Positions 58,503 through 64,000 of a DNA stretch of 64,000 nucleotides are shown in pieces. The notes beneath the pieces are model-generated. The model saw only the letters and a list, made by a program, of their open reading frames with translations, did not search any database and was not told where the DNA came from. The DNA comes from an uncultured delta proteobacterium (GTDB lineage: Bacteria; Desulfobacterota; RBG-13-43-22), in assembly GCA_963790475.1 (NCBI GenBank), contig CAWBOS010000010.1:800001-864000 (forward strand), written 5' to 3'. The stretch's first letter is position 1, and each line of letters begins with the position of its first letter. Position numbers and translations under genes: made by a program.

Positions 58503-58750
58503 ATTTTAGTTGTTTGAAAAAAGGCTTTTGTTCACCGCAGACACAAAGAACGCAAAGAATATTATTTTTTTTCAATCCCATGAGAGGTGGGATTGAAAAA
58601 ACCAACTCTGGGCTCCGCCCAAAAAATTAACCCTACAGCGTAGCATATGTTATTGATTGCCGGCCCCTCAGCGGCAATCAATAAAAAATATTTCTTCTTT
58701 GCGCTCTTTGCGTCTTTGCGGTGAAAACAATTATTTCAAAAAGCTAAATT
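58503..58750. repeat. ~250-bp nested palindromic MITE-like element with 9-mer repeats
   Basis: TTCACCGCAGACACAAAGAACGCAAAGAA ... TTCTTTGCGCTCTTTGCGTCTTTGCGGTGAA, plus two internal hairpins (TCAATCCCA/TGGGATTGA; TTATTGATTGCC/GGCAATCAATAA). Confidence 0.75.
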
Positions 58751-58768
58751 GATGTAAACACCAGCTTT

Positions 58769-59890
58769 TTAATTAAAAAGCTGAAACTTGCCGTTCTTGA
58801 TTACCAGAACATTCGGCTCCATGACCACATCCCGTTCGGAGTCAAAGGAAAATTTTCCCAGGACCCCATTGAAGTTGCGGATGCCGGCCAGGGCGTCCCG
58901 TAACTTATCCCGGTCGGCCACACCTGCTTTTTTCAAAGCCTCGGCCATGATATTGAGGGCATCATAGGCCTGGGCGGCAAACTGATCAGGTTTCTTACCA
59001 AAAGTTTTTTCATATTTCTGGACGAAGGCCTTCACCTTGGGGTCGGGTTTATCCCCGAACCAGGGCGTGGCCACGATCAGCCCATCAGCCGCTTCCTTGG
59101 CAATCTCAATCACCTTGGGGGAGTTGAACCCGTTTCCCCCCAAAAAGGGGACCATGATCCCCATTTTTCGGGCCTGGGAGAGGATGACGGCCCCTTCATT
59201 GTAGAGGGCCGAACAGAAAATGGCATCCGGTTTGGTGGCCTTGATTTTGGTCAGTTGGGCCTTATAGTCGGCCTGTCCCTTTTGAAATTCTTCGATGGTG
59301 GTAATTTTCAGGCCCAGGTCGGTAGCCACTTTTTTCATGGTGTCAAACCCGGACTTGGTAAAGACGTCGTCATTGCCGTAAAGCATGGCCACCTTTTTGA
59401 TATGGTATTTGGCTATGGCCTTTTTTACCATGGGTGGGATAGCCAGGGCCTCCGGCAGAGAGTTCCTGAAAACATATTTCCCGATCTGGGTGATCCCGAC
59501 GGCTGTAGTCGAGGTACCCATGATCGGCACACCGCTGGCGTTGGCTTCGGGGCCGACAACCATCATTTCCGTGCTGAGCGTTGGACCTAAAATCGCAACG
59601 ACCTTCTCGGAGTTGATCAGTTTCTGGGCCGCGGCCAGGGCCTGTTCCTGTTTCCCGGCGGAGTCTTCAAAGAGTAACTCAATTTTAACCGCTCCTTTGG
59701 CGTTGACTTCATCCCGGGCCAGTTTAAAGCCGTTGGTAATGGCTTCCCCATAACCGGACAGCGATCCGGTAATAATGGAAATAACACCGATTTTGGCCGG
59801 AATGGCCGCGGCTTGGGTCATACTCGTCAAGCCGAACAGAAAAAGAAAAACACCAAAAATCGTAAAAAAGACTGGTCTACAATGGTACAT
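58769..59890 (-). CDS. livK: Branched-chain amino acid ABC substrate-binding protein
   Basis: Signal peptide, KIG....TG, A.QKLI, YVFR, D..AQLTKIK, AQAYDA. Confidence 0.9.
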   Translation of the reverse strand: MYHCRPVFFTIFGVFLFLFGLTSMTQAAAIPAKIGVISIITGSLSGYGEAITNGFKLARDEVNAKGAVKIELLFEDSAGKQEQALAAAQKLINSEKVVAILGPTLSTEMMVVGPEANASGVPIMGTSTTAVGITQIGKYVFRNSLPEALAIPPMVKKAIAKYHIKKVAMLYGNDDVFTKSGFDTMKKVATDLGLKITTIEEFQKGQADYKAQLTKIKATKPDAIFCSALYNEGAVILSQARKMGIMVPFLGGNGFNSPKVIEIAKEAADGLIVATPWFGDKPDPKVKAFVQKYEKTFGKKPDQFAAQAYDALNIMAEALKKAGVADRDKLRDALAGIRNFNGVLGKFSFDSERDVVMEPNVLVIKNGKFQLFN

Positions 59891-60059
59891 ATTCCCCTCC
59901 TATAAGAATTTGATGATTTTCTATTAACCCCCAGGGGTCATCTTGTCAAGGTTTTCTCTTTGCGACAGGAATCGTCCTTTTGCTTTCGGGGGGGCACTCC
60001 TCAGATATAGCTAGATAGCCTGGAAGTGGGATCAAGTTGAAACTGGCGATCCTTTAATA

Positions 60060-60497
60060 TCATTTCAAGTTTTCTGTATCCGCCAGATCTTGTGGACGGC
60101 CGATGGAAAGTTTATTCATTTTAAGGTTTTCGATATCGATGAATTCGACCTGTGTCTCATCGATAGTCGTGGAAACTCTGGAATAATAACATGTTTCAAA
60201 ATCAACACCGGCTGCCGCCGTTAATATATCAATCCTGTTTGGAGGATAGCCAAGCTGAATGATTTGGTCTGCAGCAAGAAAATCTTCCAGGGAAAGACCC
60301 AGCGAACCAAAGCCGAATTGATTTAAAGCCTTTAATAAGTTCGCTGCATTATCGATCGATAATTCTATCCAAATGTCGAGATCCTCGGTATAGCGGGGAT
60401 GCCCATGAAAAGCCACCGCATAGCCTCCGACAATCAGATACTTAACGTTATTTTCGTTTAATAATTTTATAAACTCTTTGAAGTCCTTGCTCAGCAT
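60060..60497 (-). CDS. Nucleotidyltransferase-like protein
   Basis: DFKEFI.LLN...V.YL.VGGYAV..HG.PR.T.DLD, NK...GR.QD.AD; start at ATG 60497. Confidence 0.82.
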   Translation of the reverse strand: MLSKDFKEFIKLLNENNVKYLIVGGYAVAFHGHPRYTEDLDIWIELSIDNAANLLKALNQFGFGSLGLSLEDFLAADQIIQLGYPPNRIDILTAAAGVDFETCYYSRVSTTIDETQVEFIDIENLKMNKLSIGRPQDLADTENLK

Positions 60498-60636
60498 GGT
60501 ATCTCCACTGGTTATATTCCTGACGGATTTGTTCCAGGGCATCAATCCGTTCTTCATAGGATTTCGATTGCCAATAAGAAAAATCAGAGGGCTGTTCATC
60601 GATTTTACATTTGGTAACCACTTTATTAATGCTCAT
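60448..60636 (-). CDS. Small partner protein of the nucleotidyltransferase
   Basis: D..YW.S...EERI.ALE..R...LQRV pattern; overlaps the NTase start. Confidence 0.65.
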   Translation of the reverse strand: MSINKVVTKCKIDEQPSDFSYWQSKSYEERIDALEQIRQEYNQWRYHAEQGLQRVYKIIKRK

Positions 60637-60781
60637 GCTGTTCCCACCTGGTTGACCTCTCTATCTCAAAAAATAATCCTTTCATAATAATCCAAAAAAA
60701 GCTAAAATACAATTAGTTCCTGCTATTTTATCGGGGAAAGCAACTCCAGACCTCCCGAAGCCCGTTTGAGGAAAAATCTTC

Positions 60782-63469
60782 ATGACCGAGCAGCCCAAGC
60801 TCTATCTGATCGACGGCAGTTCTTATATCTACCGGGCTTATTATGCCATCAATCGACTTACCAACTCTAAGGGGATGCCCACCCAGGCCGTCTTTGGCTT
60901 TATTCAGATGATTCGCAAGATCCTCGAGCAGGAAAGACCCGAACACCTGGCCATGGTCTTTGATGCCAAGGGGCCGACCTTTCGCCATGACCTCTACGAA
61001 GAATACAAGGCCCATCGGCCGACCATGCCCGATGACCTGATCGTTCAGATCCCATACATCAAAGAAGTCAGCTGCTATTACGGCCTGCCGATTCTGGAAA
61101 AACAGGGCTATGAAGCCGATGATATCATCGCCACCTTGGCCAAGCAGGCGGAGGCCAAGGGTTTTGTGGTGGTCATCGTCTCCGGGGACAAGGATCTGAT
61201 GCAGATGATCTCTCCCCGGATCTGCATGTGGGACACCCTCAAAAATCAGGTTTTCAATCTGGAAACGGTGCAGGAACGCTTCGGGACCAGCCCCTCCCAA
61301 TGGGTGGATATTATGGGCCTGGCCGGAGACAGCAGCGACAATGTGCCCGGGGTACCCGGCATCGGGGAAAAAACAGCCGTTAAATTGATCCGGGCCCATG
61401 GGTCTCTGGATAACCTTTTGGACGAGTCCACTCCGGTCACCCCACCTAAACTGAAAGAGAAACTGCTTCAGTATAAAGAACAGGCCTTGCTTTCCCGCAC
61501 TCTGGTCACCCTCGATACTGCCGTCCCCCTGGACCTTTCTTCCACGTACCTGGAGATTCAACCCAAGGATGTAGCGGGCTTGAAAAAACTTTTTCAGGAA
61601 CTGGGTTTCAAAAAATTTATCGAAGATCTGGGAGGGGAGGAGGGCAGGGGAGAGCCCTTTCAGGGAGACTTTAAGGGTATTACGGATTGGGAGGAACTGG
61701 TTGCCTTTGTTGAAAACATAAAAAAAACCGGGCGGGTTTCTCTGGATCTGGAGACGACCTCCGAAGACCCGATGCGGGCCGAAATCGTCGGGATAGGCCT
61801 GTCGCATCAAGAGGGCCGGGCGGTTTATATTCCCGTAGACCACCGCTATTTGGGCGCCCCGCCTCAGCTTGACTTATCTGACGTGTTGGACCTGCTGAAA
61901 GAGATCATTGAAGATCCGGCCATTGAAAAGATCGGGCAGAACATCAAATATGAATGGATCATCCTGAAGCGATATGGGCTGTCTTACCGGGGAATAACCT
62001 TTGATACCATGATCGCCTCTTATTTGCTGAACCCTTCACGCAGGACCCACAATCTCACCCAGATCGCCCAGGACTATTCGGACCGGTGTCTAACCACTTA
62101 TAAAGAAATGGTTGGGACCGGAGCCAAGGCCAAGAATTTCAGCGAGGTGCCGGTAGAACAAGCCATCGCCTATGGGGCTGAAGATGCCGAGGTCACCCTG
62201 GCCTGTGCTTTAAAACTGGAGCCCCTGCTCAAAAGAGAGGGGTTGGAAGACCTTTTCAGCGATATGGAAATGCCTTTGATCCCGGTCTTGTCGGAAATGG
62301 AAATGAATGGGGTGCGGTTGGATAGTCAAGCCCTGTATTCCTTTTCCAAAGAAGTGGAGGCCCAATTATTTCAGCTGGAAGAACAGATTTTTCAAATGGC
62401 CGGAGAGCGGTTTAACCTCAATTCTCCCCAGCAACTGGGTTTTATCCTTTTTGAAAAGCTGGGTCTCCCTCAGGGGAAAAAAACCAAGGGCAAGACCCGC
62501 CTGTCCACCGATGCCGAGGTCCTCAAGGATTTATCGCTTCACCACCCTCTGGCAGCCGCGGTCTGGAATTATCGCACCTTGAGCAAACTCAAATCCACCT
62601 ATATCGATGCCCTGCCCAAACTGATCCATCCCGGAACCGGGCGTTTACACACCTCCTTTAATCAAACGATCACGGCCACCGGACGTTTGAGCAGCAGTGA
62701 GCCCAATCTGCAGAATATCCCGGTCCGTACCGAAGAAGGGCGCCGGATCCGTCAGGCCTTTATCCCCGAAGCGGGATGGACCATGCTCTCCGCCGATTAT
62801 TCGCAAATCGAGCTGCGCATCCTGGCCCATAACAGCGCCGATGAAACCCTGGTCCAGGCCTTTAAGGAAGGCCAGGATATCCACAGCCGGACCGCAGCCG
62901 AACTTTTTAATCGCTCTCCGGATGAGGTCACCTCGGAAATGCGCCGTCAGGCCAAGGTGATTAATTTCGGCATCCTCTATGGGATGAGTGCTTTTGGGCT
63001 CTCCAAAGAACTGGGGATCAATAACCGGGATGCCCAGATCATGATCGACCAGTATTTTTTAAAGTACCAAGGGGTCAAACAGTATATTGAAGACACCCTG
63101 GCCGAGGCCCGCCGCATGCGTATTGTCACCACTCTGTTTAACCGCCGCCGTCATATTGAGGATATCAATAGTTCCAATCGGGCTGTACGGCAGTTCGCCG
63201 AGAGAACGGCAATCAATACCCCTATCCAGGGCACGGCCGCCGACCTGATCAAAATGGCCATGATCCGGATTCAGGATACCCTGCACCATGAAAAAATGGA
63301 TGCACGCATGCTCCTCCAGGTCCACGACGAACTGGTCTTTGAGTCCCCGGAAAACGAATTGGGTGCCTTAAAAACCATGGTTAAAGAGATCATGGAAGGG
63401 GTGCTGACCCTGAGAGTCCCGTTGCTGGTTCAAATTTCCCAGGGAAACAACTGGGCGGATTTGAAATAG
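60782..63469 (+). CDS. polA: DNA polymerase I
   Basis: 5'-3' exonuclease (LIDG, EADD, GDKD, GD.SDNVPGV.GIG.KTA), 3'-5' exonuclease (DLET), polymerase DYSQIELR, K.INFG..YG, QVHDEL. Confidence 0.98.
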   Translation: MTEQPKLYLIDGSSYIYRAYYAINRLTNSKGMPTQAVFGFIQMIRKILEQERPEHLAMVFDAKGPTFRHDLYEEYKAHRPTMPDDLIVQIPYIKEVSCYYGLPILEKQGYEADDIIATLAKQAEAKGFVVVIVSGDKDLMQMISPRICMWDTLKNQVFNLETVQERFGTSPSQWVDIMGLAGDSSDNVPGVPGIGEKTAVKLIRAHGSLDNLLDESTPVTPPKLKEKLLQYKEQALLSRTLVTLDTAVPLDLSSTYLEIQPKDVAGLKKLFQELGFKKFIEDLGGEEGRGEPFQGDFKGITDWEELVAFVENIKKTGRVSLDLETTSEDPMRAEIVGIGLSHQEGRAVYIPVDHRYLGAPPQLDLSDVLDLLKEIIEDPAIEKIGQNIKYEWIILKRYGLSYRGITFDTMIASYLLNPSRRTHNLTQIAQDYSDRCLTTYKEMVGTGAKAKNFSEVPVEQAIAYGAEDAEVTLACALKLEPLLKREGLEDLFSDMEMPLIPVLSEMEMNGVRLDSQALYSFSKEVEAQLFQLEEQIFQMAGERFNLNSPQQLGFILFEKLGLPQGKKTKGKTRLSTDAEVLKDLSLHHPLAAAVWNYRTLSKLKSTYIDALPKLIHPGTGRLHTSFNQTITATGRLSSSEPNLQNIPVRTEEGRRIRQAFIPEAGWTMLSADYSQIELRILAHNSADETLVQAFKEGQDIHSRTAAELFNRSPDEVTSEMRRQAKVINFGILYGMSAFGLSKELGINNRDAQIMIDQYFLKYQGVKQYIEDTLAEARRMRIVTTLFNRRRHIEDINSSNRAVRQFAERTAINTPIQGTAADLIKMAMIRIQDTLHHEKMDARMLLQVHDELVFESPENELGALKTMVKEIMEGVLTLRVPLLVQISQGNNWADLK

Positions 63470-63642
63470 GAAGTTGGTATCAGTTTAGCTTTTTAAAATT
63501 TAAATATTTTTTTTAGACAGGATTTACAGGATTCCTTTGATTTTGCTCGGGTCGTCCGGAGCCTGAGCAACCTCGATCTAAATTCTCATGCCCGCCTGGG
63601 CACAGGCGAATCATGAAGATATTGCCCAAACGCCAGGTTGGT

Positions 63643-63705
63643 CGTCATTCCGGCGAAAGCCGGAATCCAGGAGTCCCTGGATGCCGGATCAAGTCCGGCA
63701 TGACG
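63643..63705. repeat. REP-like paired palindrome, copy 3
   Basis: CGTCATTCCGGCGAAAGCCGGAATCCAGG ... CCTGGATGCCGGATCAAGTCCGGCATGACG. Confidence 0.85.
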
Positions 63706-63891
63706 GAGAAGAAACAACTCAATTCAAATTAACCCGGGTAAGCAATGTGCCGCACCCAGTTACAAAACCGGTCAAGGTCAATCAATATTGTTCGTTTACG
63801 TCAGGTGAAATATTCTTGACAGCGGATCTTATATGTCATATTTGACATAATCAATTAACCGTTGAGGCAAAACAGAAATGGAGACCTGCCC

Positions 63892-64000
63892 ATGAAACCC
63901 TTTGCATACCAAGCGCCCTTATCGCTCCGAGAGGCAACGGCTATATTGAGCAATCGAGACCTCGGCGCTCGGCCGATGGCCGGCGGTACCGATTTGCTGG
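63892..64000 (+). CDS. Xanthine dehydrogenase/CoxM-family FAD-binding subunit (partial, runs off the window)
   Basis: MKPFAYQAP.SL.EA...L......MAGGTDLL after a GGAG RBS. Confidence 0.8.
   Translation, partial: MKPFAYQAPLSLREATAILSNRDLGARPMAGGTDLL

Noticed and set aside
60728-61843. Long antisense ORFs (also 7313-8218, 17069-17971, 53565-54533 and others)
   Set aside because: Shadow frames opposite well-supported genes, with no recognisable motifs.

Overview
A 64-kb chromosomal window from an anaerobic bacterium. Gene content and repeat style suggest Desulfobacterota/'Deltaproteobacteria' (inference). Housekeeping and metabolic blocks are a P1 peptidase, a MaoC-type dehydratase, a NosL/ABC/YtkA/CusBA metal-handling cluster with a frameshifted cusA, tatA, dedA, a Tat-less DmsAB-like molybdoenzyme, a QueG-like protein, livKHMGF and polA. 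These alternate with accessory DNA rich in gene remnants. Main observations: (1) a 2,109-bp element (24299-26407) encoding two catalytically intact tyrosine recombinases, with terminal inverted repeats and an exact 7-bp flanking direct repeat; (2) a glycyl-radical enzyme with non-canonical motifs (GCMRW, RTAGL) in an operon with an enoyl-CoA hydratase and its activase; (3) a complete type II CBASS (Cap4-like nuclease-SAVED, CD-NTase, Cap2, Cap3) whose cyclase has a 7-aa tail after the expected ...GGRFA end; (4) a decayed integrase-less cassette array with degenerate attC sites; (5) an XRE-ImmA/IrrE peptidase + PIN module; (6) several families of intergenic REP/MITE-like palindromes. I recognised no rRNA, tRNA or CRISPR array. 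All family calls come from motif recognition by eye; no database searches were run.
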